Notes under the pieces: model-generated
The model's database searches: none
The model's input: only the letters and a program-made list of their open reading frames with translations
Told to the model about the DNA's origin: nothing
Made by a program: the position numbers and the translations under genes
Shown here: positions 9,210 through 18,335 of the stretch, piece after piece
Numbering within the stretch: position 1 is the stretch's first letter
Layout of the letters: each line of letters starts with the position of its first letter
NCBI GenBank assembly: GCA_964520185.1
Contig: CAZFON010000001.1
Location: forward strand, 1-24,749
Source: an uncultured Planctomycetales bacterium
GTDB lineage: Bacteria > Omnitrophota > Gorgyraeia > Zapsychrales > Fredricksoniimonadaceae
Length of the DNA stretch: 24,749 nucleotides
Direction: 5' to 3'

Positions 9210-10613
9210 CTATTTGGGTGGACAATAGATGGATTCCTGATATTCCTCGTAATCCGTATTGACAGCCCAGAGATCGACCTTTTCTCCTTTGCCGATATAA
9301 TTAGCGGCCAAGAGCCCCATCAGGATGCTATGGTCCTGGTTGTTGTATTTAAAAGCGCCATATCTGCCTATCACCATCATCCCTTTTATTTTTTCGAGAT
9401 AGCTTTGGATCATCTTCAAATTATTTCTATACCCTTTGAAGTAAACAGGATAACACCGGGGGATCCGAACGACATCCCCGTTCATGATGCGCCCTTTTTT
9501 AAATTTTAATTGCTCCAATTCGCTCGAAGCAAGTTCAATAAGCTCCTCTGATGAGGCTCTCCACAGGGCGTCTTCGTCGTTACACCAGTACTCCATGGCC
9601 ACAATGCTTGTCTTTTCATCCCCATACATCTCCGGGACCCAATTCCTGAAATTGGTGATCCTTCCGGTCTTGACCTCGGGCGATTGCACATAGATCCACT
9701 GGTCAGGGAATAAATCAGTGCTATCGACATTCAAATAAACCAAAATCGTGTTCCTGAACTTCAATCCCTGGGCCGCCTTTTGGATGTCCTCTGGGACGTT
9801 TTCCAACCGGCTGACTAACAAAGAAAGGGGCATTGTTGAGATAATATGGTCATAACGATCACAGGCCTTCCCATCGGCCAACGCGAGGCCAACGGTCCTG
9901 TCGCCTTCGAGCATGACCTTATCAACGGGTGTTTTATAAAACACCTTGCCGTTATGCTTCTCAACGAAATCGGCCATACGCTGATATACCGAACCCGTAC
10001 CCTGGCAAGGATAGGCAAATTGCTCGAGGAGCGTGCGGTGCTTGTTAAATTTGTCCTTGAAAAAAGCATTGAAGATGGCGCTGGACAAGGAAAGTTTCTT
10101 GATCCTTTGCGAGGCAAAATCAGCATCGATCTGGGAACAAGGCATGCCCCATAATTTCTCACTGTAAGGTCTGAAAAAAATATCAAAAAGGCGCCTGCCA
10201 AACCTACGGGTCACCCAAGCTTCGAAGCCGCCGTCTTGTTTGGTGGGAACAATGGACTCTTTCAAATAATACAGGACGCAAACGACGGATTGTGCCATCC
10301 CCAGATTGCTTAAGGCATTCAAGGGGCTGAGCGGATAGGTGTAAAATTTCTGCTTATATAAAATACGCGTCAAGCGACGGACTACTTTATAATCACTGCC
10401 CACCACTTCAAGCCACAGGTCATTGACCCTTTTGTCCTTACTGAAAAAACGGTGCGGCCCCAGATCCACCCGCTGGTTCCATAAACAGATCGTCTTGGCC
10501 ATCCCCCCCGGCGTCTCGCCGGCCTCAAAAACATGGACCTCAATGCCCTGCTTGGCTAAAGCATAGGCCGCCGTGATCCCTGCCGGTCCTGCACCGATGA
10601 CAGCAACCTTCAT
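9210..10613 (-). CDS. FAD/NAD(P)-dependent oxidoreductase (HemY-like / UDP-galactopyranose-mutase-like superfamily), substrate unknown
   Basis: VAVIGAGPAGITAA dinucleotide fold, DLGPHRFFSKD, YSEKLWG, C-terminal GRYGAFKYNNQDHS. Confidence 0.85.
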   Translation of the reverse strand: MKVAVIGAGPAGITAAYALAKQGIEVHVFEAGETPGGMAKTICLWNQRVDLGPHRFFSKDKRVNDLWLEVVGSDYKVVRRLTRILYKQKFYTYPLSPLNALSNLGMAQSVVCVLYYLKESIVPTKQDGGFEAWVTRRFGRRLFDIFFRPYSEKLWGMPCSQIDADFASQRIKKLSLSSAIFNAFFKDKFNKHRTLLEQFAYPCQGTGSVYQRMADFVEKHNGKVFYKTPVDKVMLEGDRTVGLALADGKACDRYDHIISTMPLSLLVSRLENVPEDIQKAAQGLKFRNTILVYLNVDSTDLFPDQWIYVQSPEVKTGRITNFRNWVPEMYGDEKTSIVAMEYWCNDEDALWRASSEELIELASSELEQLKFKKGRIMNGDVVRIPRCYPVYFKGYRNNLKMIQSYLEKIKGMMVIGRYGAFKYNNQDHSILMGLLAANYIGKGEKVDLWAVNTDYEEYQESIYCPPK

Positions 10614-10634
10614 TTTTCTATGGACCTCTATCTT

Positions 10635-12059
10635 TTAATGGATACCCTTGAACAAATAAAGATAATAATGCTCATCCTGCAATTGGCCCTTGGTAAAACT
10701 ATCCAGCTTTTGGACCGAAGGCGACAATAATGAATTCTCCAAGGGATGGCTTAAGGCCAACACCGCGTCTTTCTTGAATTGCCGGGAGATCCGTTGGGCT
10801 TGATCAAGCATTTGCTGCGACGAAAATTCGGCTGCTTTATTATCATAAATGTAAAATGTCCCCCAACGCTCCCTGACTAAATAAAAAACCGGCTTGTTTA
10901 AATATCCTGAGATAGGGACACCTCCGGAGCCGGCCACAATGATGGGCAACTGGTCCAGCTTATGCATTTTAATATATATGGCCGCATCCTTGCCATCGGA
11001 AAAAGTTAAATTCAAATTCGACTTGTACGCACCCAGTCCCACGGCCAATTGGATAAACAATACAACGGTGATAAGCCTATTGGCCCAGGAAGGGATTTGT
11101 GGGCAAATCCACCAGCAAGCAACCAAAAGAATGAATAAATGGCCCATGTGCCTGGAAAATAAATTGTTGATCATGGAGAAAAATAGGACAAGCCCCAGGA
11201 CGCCGATGGCATATAAAAATAAGACTGATCCTTTCCGATAAAAAAAGAAAAAAGACAGAAAGAAAAATAAATATGAAAATTGCAGTAAAGATACACTGAT
11301 CATTCTTATGCTTCCCCAATAAGGGAAATAGGCCAGTATCAGACTCTTGAAAAACGGCCGCGGTCCAGGCCATGAAATAAGCCCTTTGATCCATCCGCTG
11401 TCTGGCAAGGGGTTCATGATGATGAGACCCGTAAAAACAGCGCTGATCAATAAAAAAAGGGCCACCAAAGCCTGGGGACGTTTATGTTCCAACAGCACCG
11501 GCATTTGAATGGCTTCCAGGACCAAAAAAGCCGCAAAAGCAACGGCCAGGATCAACCCCAGGATACTAGTGAAATTAAGCAAAATAAGGACCAGGGCCAA
11601 CAATAAATAATCTCTTTTTTGTTGGCGCGCTAATATACAAAACAAAAAAATAAAAAACACTCCCAGCACGTAACTCCTGCTGATCAAAGCAAATTCATAG
11701 AATAAAAACCATCCAAAGATCAGGAAGACCTTCTGTAATCTGCTAAAAGGGGCAAACTTAAGGACAAGCCAGGCATTAATGCTGGCCAGACCCAAATGTA
11801 GAAATTGCATGCTCTTCGGGTTGGAAGTAATATTTTTGAACCAAAAAAGCAGGAAATACCATAAGGGAGGGTGACTTTCATAACGAAGGTTATAAAGCAA
11901 TTCAGGGATGGAATGGCTGTAGCGGGCGATCAGCCACGCCTGCAGTTCATCACGCCACAAATCATGATGCAAGACGCCAAAGATCCCTAATATAATAAAA
12001 AGAACAGAATAAATTTCTACAAAAAAACGGCCATAAAACCACGTTAAAGATTTAATCAT
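10635..12059 (-). CDS. GT-C-fold integral membrane glycosyltransferase (PMT/ArnT-like); likely start MIKSL at 12059
   Basis: Many TM segments; first-loop WRDELQAW (DE motif) and YESHPPLWY (HPPL); soluble C-terminal tail. ATG overlaps the upstream stop by 8 nt. Confidence 0.78.
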   Translation of the reverse strand: MIKSLTWFYGRFFVEIYSVLFIILGIFGVLHHDLWRDELQAWLIARYSHSIPELLYNLRYESHPPLWYFLLFWFKNITSNPKSMQFLHLGLASINAWLVLKFAPFSRLQKVFLIFGWFLFYEFALISRSYVLGVFFIFLFCILARQQKRDYLLLALVLILLNFTSILGLILAVAFAAFLVLEAIQMPVLLEHKRPQALVALFLLISAVFTGLIIMNPLPDSGWIKGLISWPGPRPFFKSLILAYFPYWGSIRMISVSLLQFSYLFFFLSFFFFYRKGSVLFLYAIGVLGLVLFFSMINNLFSRHMGHLFILLVACWWICPQIPSWANRLITVVLFIQLAVGLGAYKSNLNLTFSDGKDAAIYIKMHKLDQLPIIVAGSGGVPISGYLNKPVFYLVRERWGTFYIYDNKAAEFSSQQMLDQAQRISRQFKKDAVLALSHPLENSLLSPSVQKLDSFTKGQLQDEHYYLYLFKGIH

Positions 12060-12966
12060 CTTGGGCCCCTTCTCGATGGCATGCATGGTCGATAGCATCA
12101 AAAAAACCGGGATCTGCGGCGTAATCCAGCTTCCTGGCAAATAATTTTTCCGAGCCGGCCATCAGACCCAATTCTTGACGGGACAATGGGCATGGATGCG
12201 GGAACTTTTCCGACGGCCATCTCGAGTAGACCAGATTATCATTAATGATCCTGTCCTTTTGAGACGAATTCAACAAGACCGTATGGATAAAAGTTTCATC
12301 CGGTACCAGTGTGAACCTAAAAAATGAGACGAACTTTTGATGCGTACTTACGAACTCCAGGATATATTCGACGGCTTCTTTGTCCAGGCACCACCACTGC
12401 CAGCCGCCGTAAGGCTGAAGGTCAAAGACATACCTTCTTTGAATGATCCCGTTTAAACCGATCTTTTTCAGAAAAGGACGCAGTCGCCAGTACATCAAGT
12501 GCTCTAAAAAAGGCAGTCGCATCAAATGCCAGTAGCATAACCGGCCCATGCCCCCCTCTTCCATGTCCCAATGGTGCATGGATGTCGGCAGCTTCCAATA
12601 TTCTAGAAAAAGATGGCCCTTGTTTTTCTCAAAATATTCCTGGATAGCCTGCTTGCTCTTGATGGGATAATGGGTGCCGGACAATAAGAGGACATAATCA
12701 AAATCAAAATTTTTTTCACGGATAAACGCCATGGCATTAAGCTCGACCTGAACAATGCTAAAATCCCCCCAATACACCTCCATCCGCGCGAGCAGTTCTA
12801 CGTTGGTTTTACCCTTGAAGGCCTCTTGGTACCTGCGAAAAATATCCGGCTTGGTCTTTTTATCAACGTGGATGAGAAACCTGCTTTCGGGTCCGTCCAA
12901 CCTTTGCACCATCCTAGAAACAAGTGCAGGTTCTTCATGGGCGATAATGATATAAATGAATTTCAT
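12052..12966 (-). CDS. Core-2/I-branching-type glycosyltransferase (GT14-like)
   Basis: YIIIAH, FLIHVDKK, VYWGDFSIV, LLSGTHYPIKS, GWQWW, VPDETFIHT, LFARK are typical of this family. Confidence 0.9.
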   Translation of the reverse strand: MKFIYIIIAHEEPALVSRMVQRLDGPESRFLIHVDKKTKPDIFRRYQEAFKGKTNVELLARMEVYWGDFSIVQVELNAMAFIREKNFDFDYVLLLSGTHYPIKSKQAIQEYFEKNKGHLFLEYWKLPTSMHHWDMEEGGMGRLCYWHLMRLPFLEHLMYWRLRPFLKKIGLNGIIQRRYVFDLQPYGGWQWWCLDKEAVEYILEFVSTHQKFVSFFRFTLVPDETFIHTVLLNSSQKDRIINDNLVYSRWPSEKFPHPCPLSRQELGLMAGSEKLFARKLDYAADPGFFDAIDHACHREGAQDD

Positions 12967-12972
12967 GACGTT

Positions 12973-13776
12973 TTATTTAACAGGATGCACCAATTTATTT
13001 TTAAGCCCTTTGAAAGACGAATGTTCAAAATGAAAACGCAAACTGCCGTCCGTCAATGAAACATTGGTTGAATCTATATAAAACAAATTCCGCTGTCCCC
13101 AACGCACAAATCTGCCTTTCCCTCCGAAATCCCTTATCTTAAACCCTCCTTGATAAAGCAGGGTCGCGATCAATGCCTCCTGATGCCCCTTCCAACCATG
13201 TCCATGCATCCTGTCGACATACTGCAACGCCCTGTGAGAGATACGGTAGATGGGGTTAAACGATCGCAACGTTTGACGGCGATCAATATTCCCTTCAGGA
13301 GAGGATAAGGTAGGCCAGTAATACCAGGCCGGCTCTTCTTTGTAAGTGCGTATGTGGGCTGTGATAAAATCGTCACCGGCATCCCTAAAATGAGAAAAAA
13401 ACTTCTTCCAATCCCCGATGAACCTAACATCGTATTCAATGTTCCAATAATAGCTGTAGTTCCGCTGGCGCCCAAAGCAGATGACAGGCCAATGGTTGTG
13501 TCCCGGGATAAGAGGCCCATCCCGTCGGATATCTTCCAAAAAAGCCAGATCGTGAATGTCTTTTTCTGAAAAGGTCCAATGAGGGCACTTCAATATCTCC
13601 TGGTCAACAGGCCTGCCGTCCCGGTTATCGTAAGAAATAAAACAATCGGCCCATCCGGAGCAGGCATCCTTGATTCTCTGGAATTCCTCCAAGGCCTTGT
13701 CTGAAAATTGATGCATGGCAAAAAGGACCGCCTGTTTTCCGGCAGGAACAGCCTGTTTTCTAAAAAAATGGAACAC
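12973..13776 (-). CDS. Hypothetical GT-A-like protein resembling DUF3405
   Basis: YSYYWNIEYDVRFIGDW, DFITAHI, RSFNPIYRIS, GHQEALIAT. GTG start with GGGGGAG upstream, abutting the GT31-like stop. The family assignment is from memory of the motif only. Confidence 0.6.
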   Translation of the reverse strand: MFHFFRKQAVPAGKQAVLFAMHQFSDKALEEFQRIKDACSGWADCFISYDNRDGRPVDQEILKCPHWTFSEKDIHDLAFLEDIRRDGPLIPGHNHWPVICFGRQRNYSYYWNIEYDVRFIGDWKKFFSHFRDAGDDFITAHIRTYKEEPAWYYWPTLSSPEGNIDRRQTLRSFNPIYRISHRALQYVDRMHGHGWKGHQEALIATLLYQGGFKIRDFGGKGRFVRWGQRNLFYIDSTNVSLTDGSLRFHFEHSSFKGLKNKLVHPVK

Positions 13777-14589
13777 CTATCTCCCCCGCCTTCCGCACAA
13801 GGTAAAGAATATAGAACGCATGATGTTCGATAACAGGTTCAACGCATATTTTAAAATAAGCATCATCGTAAAAAATACATTGTTCCGACCTTGCAACCAG
13901 TCCATCTCAGAGGGCGAACAAGGATGGAAGGAGGCGGCAAAAAAAATTTCTCTGACAAAATGCCTGTTCAAAGTAAACTTTTCTTTAAGGGACAAAAGGA
14001 CCGATACAGACATCCCCTTGCCTCTTAAGGTATCGCCGATCAATTTATCTTCATACAATTCCTTATCAATATACTGGCCATGATCATTAATGACGCATCG
14101 AAGCGCTTTTTTGCTTAAGAAATAGCCGGAGCCTCCCATCATCCAAGGCCCGTAAAATACGCCCGGGTAGGCTACATTCTTCAAATGAGATCCGACATGT
14201 TTTTTATGCCACTTGGTATCAACGTGGTCCATGTCCTTATATTGAAAGCCGGCGTAATCAAGGGCATCAAAAGGCAATTTCAATAATTCAGGCACATTGA
14301 CGTAGGTATCATCATCGCATTTATAAATATGGCTATAATCCATATGTTCATCGACAAAGCGCAAGAAAGCGATGGTCTTATGCGGAAGATCCAAATAATC
14401 ATCCCCGCAATCCAAATAAAGAATGTCTCCCTCAATGGCCGGCTTCTTATCAGGCCGGCCGACCAAAAAACAAGCCCTCAGCCCCAACCTCGAACAATCT
14501 TTTAACCAACTCCGGCGCACCCCATCATGCCTTTGGGGATACTTGGCACAGCCAAGAATGCCAATAATTAAGGATGATGAATTGTTCAT
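13777..14589 (-). CDS. GT31-like (galactosyltransferase/Fringe-type) glycosyltransferase; likely start MNNSS at 14589
   Basis: VRRSW, DDYLDLPHKT, YKCDDDTYVNV (DDD motif), GGSGYFLS, EDKLIG, FHP. ATGA overlap with the upstream gene. Confidence 0.85.
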   Translation of the reverse strand: MNNSSSLIIGILGCAKYPQRHDGVRRSWLKDCSRLGLRACFLVGRPDKKPAIEGDILYLDCGDDYLDLPHKTIAFLRFVDEHMDYSHIYKCDDDTYVNVPELLKLPFDALDYAGFQYKDMDHVDTKWHKKHVGSHLKNVAYPGVFYGPWMMGGSGYFLSKKALRCVINDHGQYIDKELYEDKLIGDTLRGKGMSVSVLLSLKEKFTLNRHFVREIFFAASFHPCSPSEMDWLQGRNNVFFTMMLILKYALNLLSNIMRSIFFTLCGRRGR

Positions 14590-16229
14590 GCTTTCAGGTG
14601 TTGTTTCCATTTTTCCTGAAATAACAGATAGTTTTTGTGCCACAGTTCTTCGCGATGAGGAAGTTTATGGCTGGTTGCCTTGCCGATATGGCGAACAAAG
14701 ACCTTCTCAGTCACATAAATATCATAGCCGGCTTTCCAGATCTTGCATTGGAAGTCCAGGTCCTCTCCACTGGCGGGCGAAAATTCCCCACTAAAACCAC
14801 CGACTTGCAGAAAAATATCCCGTTTAAGAAAAAAGGCAACCCCCGCACAGTTGGGCTTTGACCAGGGTTCAGTTTTAATGATCTTATCGCCCTTTCCCTT
14901 TCTCTTATTGCCTTCCAACAAAATATTATTTGTACAAGGGATAAGCAGGCCGCAGTTATCCAGGCTTTCATATTCAGCAACCAACTCCCTGCCCCAATCT
15001 TCAAGAGGCCAGACAGTATCGTTATTCGTCAAAAGGATATATTTACAGCCTGCCATCTGGACGGCTTTATTAAACCCTTTTCCGAAGCCCTGATTTCCCT
15101 CAAATTTGAAATAATGTTCCGTTTGTTCCGCTAGAAAGACGGACGTCGAAGGCAGAGATCCATTATCAACGATGACCAACTCATAAATGATGCTCCGGTT
15201 GGAGCGAAGGGACTTCAAAAACCTCTTGGTGAAATCCAGCCCATCCCAAACCAGGGTGCAAACACTGATCTGAGCTTCGGCCTTCAGATGCTTGGTTTTC
15301 GAGAAAACGATCGGAAAACACCAATGCCCAGTACAAAACGCACTGTAGCGAAGCATAAATCCAGGATAGGCGCTCAACCATTGTCTCCAACCACGCGATC
15401 GTCCATAGGAATTCCAATATGCGCCTAACAATAAATACCCGAAAAAACACAAGGAAGCTACATCATCAAAAATCTTATTTCCCCATCCCAGCATCCAACT
15501 CACAAAAGCGGCCAACAATAAGCAGGAACCGTAAGATATAAAAGGAAATTGCCTATGCCTGATCTTAAAATAAGCAATGGAATATCCGTAACAAAACTGC
15601 TGAGTAAGGGTAGCCTTAAAACCATTTCGTTGATAATGGGTAACCAAGGCTTCTTGGGTATAATAGACCTTTTTATTCTGCTTGTGGCAGCGCTCGCAAA
15701 TGTCCCAATCATCCGCTGCCAGCAATAAACGTTCGTCAAAAGGATTATCTTCAAGGAATTTCTTCCTAAAGGCCATGTTACAGCCCCTGATCTGTGCCAC
15801 ATATCCGTTATGTGCGGCAATAAAATCCCTGTCTTGATTGACCATGGACCAATAGCCCCGGCTCGGAGGAGATTTTATCTTCCCCCCTACGATCATCGTG
15901 TCTGCATCAAGCATAAATGGTCTTAGCAACTCCTCCAACCATTGCCGGTCAACAATACAATCCGAATCCGTAAAAGCCACCACTTCCCCACGGGCCAACG
16001 ATACGCCTATATTACGGGAAAAACTTAAGCCCTGGTTGGACCCGTTTGAGTGAAAAGCTATCCTGGGGTCCTTCATGGCGGCTATCTTCTCTTTGGTGGC
16101 ATCATAAGAGCCGTCATCAATAACAATAACTTCATATTCTTCTTTAAAATCCTGATCTAAGACCGAATGCAGGCACCGCTCAATAAAGTCCTCTCTATTA
16201 AAAACAGGGATGACAACGCTGACAAGCAT
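14586..16229 (-). CDS. Two-domain GT2 glycosyltransferase with an internal hydrophobic segment
   Basis: Domain 1: VVIPVFNRE, IDDGS, NQGLSFSRN, FTDSD. Domain 2: IVDNGS, NQGFGKGFN, LTNND, EDLDF, VRHIGKAT. Hydrophobic stretches lie between the domains. Confidence 0.92.
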   Translation of the reverse strand: MLVSVVIPVFNREDFIERCLHSVLDQDFKEEYEVIVIDDGSYDATKEKIAAMKDPRIAFHSNGSNQGLSFSRNIGVSLARGEVVAFTDSDCIVDRQWLEELLRPFMLDADTMIVGGKIKSPPSRGYWSMVNQDRDFIAAHNGYVAQIRGCNMAFRKKFLEDNPFDERLLLAADDWDICERCHKQNKKVYYTQEALVTHYQRNGFKATLTQQFCYGYSIAYFKIRHRQFPFISYGSCLLLAAFVSWMLGWGNKIFDDVASLCFFGYLLLGAYWNSYGRSRGWRQWLSAYPGFMLRYSAFCTGHWCFPIVFSKTKHLKAEAQISVCTLVWDGLDFTKRFLKSLRSNRSIIYELVIVDNGSLPSTSVFLAEQTEHYFKFEGNQGFGKGFNKAVQMAGCKYILLTNNDTVWPLEDWGRELVAEYESLDNCGLLIPCTNNILLEGNKRKGKGDKIIKTEPWSKPNCAGVAFFLKRDIFLQVGGFSGEFSPASGEDLDFQCKIWKAGYDIYVTEKVFVRHIGKATSHKLPHREELWHKNYLLFQEKWKQHLKA

Positions 16230-16250
16230 AGTTTTTAAGTAAAAGCGTTT

Positions 16251-18143
16251 CTATTTTTTTAAAAAATTATACAATAAATGCTGTTTTTGGGGATCTTTAA
16301 AGAAATCTTTATGTATAAAAAGATACGCCTGAGAGCTTCGCTCAATAAGGAAATATTCAAGATTAATAACCCGTATCTCTTTAAGAATGGCTGGAAGATC
16401 GGAATCACTATTCCCTTGCTCTTTCTCTTTACTTCTTAGAAAAAGCAACACATCCGGCATGAGGGGTCTATCATGCTCAAGGATCCATGACCTGTTCTGT
16501 AATTTCGTCCCATAGAGAGTTGAGTTGACCATGTCAAACGTCGGATGATTGAGCGTTGATATGGCACAGTATAGAGGTTTGGCATCATCCAAGGTCAAAT
16601 AGTCCACCACACCTAACGCCGTAAAACTGTCTGGATCCAATTTGACCTGTAAAAAATAATTTCTATTGATAAGGGCCTTGATAGGCCCATCAATGCGGTA
16701 ACTGGGATCATTATTGCTTAAATTAACAACGGCCAAGACTGCAAATAGAATGCATGATATCCTGATGGCCCTGCTAAAAAAAACTTTTTTGTCAAAGATC
16801 ATCATGGCTTGCCCTAAAGCCAGAAGACCCAGGGCCACCATAAAAATAGAATAACGGGACGTCCAAGAATAATCTTGTAAGGGAACCACCAATAATTGTC
16901 CTAAGCCAAGAACAAGCAGCGAATACACCCAAAAATCAAACCAATTTCTTCGTGCCATGGATCTTACCCATACCAACAACCAAGCCGGAAAAGCCAAGGA
17001 CCAGAAGATCAAACCATAACCGCCATGCAGTGTTCCTAAGCCAATATCCTTCCAGTTAAGAAATAATTTGTGAGGGATAACCTTCATAAATCTCCAAAGA
17101 TCAACGTTTTGGGCATGCTCAGTAAATATCCCCAGGCTGTCTTGAGAAAAAGGCACTGGATAAATGGGCGTTTTTAATGCCCAGAGATTACGCAGATACC
17201 AAAAGCCGCCGGCTATGATAAAAATAATGATAAAACCGAACCATCGTTTCAGCGTTACGGGCCTCGAACATAAGAACGGCAGCACCGAAAGGATAAATAT
17301 AGCCTCATTATATTTCATGCCCCATAACAACCCGGCAGCCAAGGCTGTTGAATAAAAGTACAATAAACGGCCGGTTTTATAAAACACCCCAGCCGCATAC
17401 ACAACAGTTAAAAAGAAAACAGCAATAATGACATCGATGTAACAACAGCCCATTTGAGACAGGACCACAGGGGTCAATAGGAACAATAAGCTGACAAATA
17501 GGGAGATCTTTGACCCCAGACCGAGGATCCTTCCCAGCCCGTACATGACGGCCGTTCCCCAAAAGGCCACTATTAATTGAACGCTGTTGACTAATTGCTG
17601 ACTATGAAGGACTATCGCCGGCCACATAAAAAGAAGTTCGGCATTTTCTGGAAAAGCAAAACGTTTGTTAACTTCAACGGGTAATAGATATATCTTATGG
17701 TCAATGATATATTGAAGGATAGGGGGCAAATGATAGGAAAGCTCGTCGCCATTCCTAGGAGGGAAAAAACAAATCGCAGTGACCATCCATATCAATACGA
17801 AGCCGGCAAGAACAAGCAAAAAGATGTTCTCCCAGGCCATCACACTTTTAATACCCTCCCTGATCGTTCGGCATTCTTGAAGCCATAAAGCTCCCCCATC
17901 TCTTCCCCATATGCCTAAGGTCAGCAAGATCGTAGCAATTCCTAAATTAAGAAAGATTAAATCAGGCAAATATAAAACTTTGATGATGCCGAGGAACAGC
18001 TCCGTGAGGATGACCTGACCAAAGCTCCAAAGACCAGCAAGTATGATCTTTTGATGAAAATTGCTAGGGACCGGCCTGGTCAAGAAAAAATAATTACTGA
18101 AGAAAATAAATGCAGATACGGCCAATAAAAGTAGGATCATCAT
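16251..18143 (-). CDS. GT-C-fold integral membrane protein (ArnT-like putative glycosyltransferase)
   Basis: 630 aa, many TM segments; loop motif GDELSYHLPP, then FPENAELL, YIDV, GMKY, WYLRN, SRY. Confidence 0.72.
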   Translation of the reverse strand: MMILLLLAVSAFIFFSNYFFLTRPVPSNFHQKIILAGLWSFGQVILTELFLGIIKVLYLPDLIFLNLGIATILLTLGIWGRDGGALWLQECRTIREGIKSVMAWENIFLLVLAGFVLIWMVTAICFFPPRNGDELSYHLPPILQYIIDHKIYLLPVEVNKRFAFPENAELLFMWPAIVLHSQQLVNSVQLIVAFWGTAVMYGLGRILGLGSKISLFVSLLFLLTPVVLSQMGCCYIDVIIAVFFLTVVYAAGVFYKTGRLLYFYSTALAAGLLWGMKYNEAIFILSVLPFLCSRPVTLKRWFGFIIIFIIAGGFWYLRNLWALKTPIYPVPFSQDSLGIFTEHAQNVDLWRFMKVIPHKLFLNWKDIGLGTLHGGYGLIFWSLAFPAWLLVWVRSMARRNWFDFWVYSLLVLGLGQLLVVPLQDYSWTSRYSIFMVALGLLALGQAMMIFDKKVFFSRAIRISCILFAVLAVVNLSNNDPSYRIDGPIKALINRNYFLQVKLDPDSFTALGVVDYLTLDDAKPLYCAISTLNHPTFDMVNSTLYGTKLQNRSWILEHDRPLMPDVLLFLRSKEKEQGNSDSDLPAILKEIRVINLEYFLIERSSQAYLFIHKDFFKDPQKQHLLYNFLKK

Positions 18144-18317
18144 TTAGCGTAGGTGCATCAAATGCAACAATAACAACCACAGGGCCTGACAAATATAAAG
18201 AAAACTTTTGAACCCCTCCAGGTAGACCTGTCCGTTGATGTACAATTGGAAAAAGGCAAAGGTGACCATCAAACAAGCCAAAAGTAAGAACTCATTCTCC
18301 ATACGGTATTTAGTCAT
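18144..18317 (-). CDS. Unannotated 57-aa hydrophobic protein (below the ORF-track cutoff)
   Basis: MTKYRMENEFLLLACLMVTFAFFQLYINGQVYLEGFKSFLYICQALWLLLLHLMHLR*. AAGGA upstream; the TAA abuts the GT-C ATG; fills an otherwise empty gap. Confidence 0.6.
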   Translation of the reverse strand: MTKYRMENEFLLLACLMVTFAFFQLYINGQVYLEGFKSFLYICQALWLLLLHLMHLR

Positions 18318-18335
18318 GTATCCTTGATAACCCTT

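Noticed and set aside
9210-10613. Annotation as protoporphyrinogen oxidase (hemY) or glf
   Set aside because: Only superfamily-level motifs are visible and the context is glycosylation, so no gene symbol was assigned.
14586-16229. GT2 domain 1 as a GtrB/DPM-type polyprenol-phosphate glycosyltransferase feeding the GT-Cs
   Set aside because: It has FTDSDCIVDRQW rather than the DADLQxxP-type motif of that subfamily.
11240-16266. A/T homopolymer runs in the GT genes as phase-variation tracts
   Set aside because: Runs of 8 nt or less encode Phe/Lys-rich segments in AT-rich genes, and all frames are intact.
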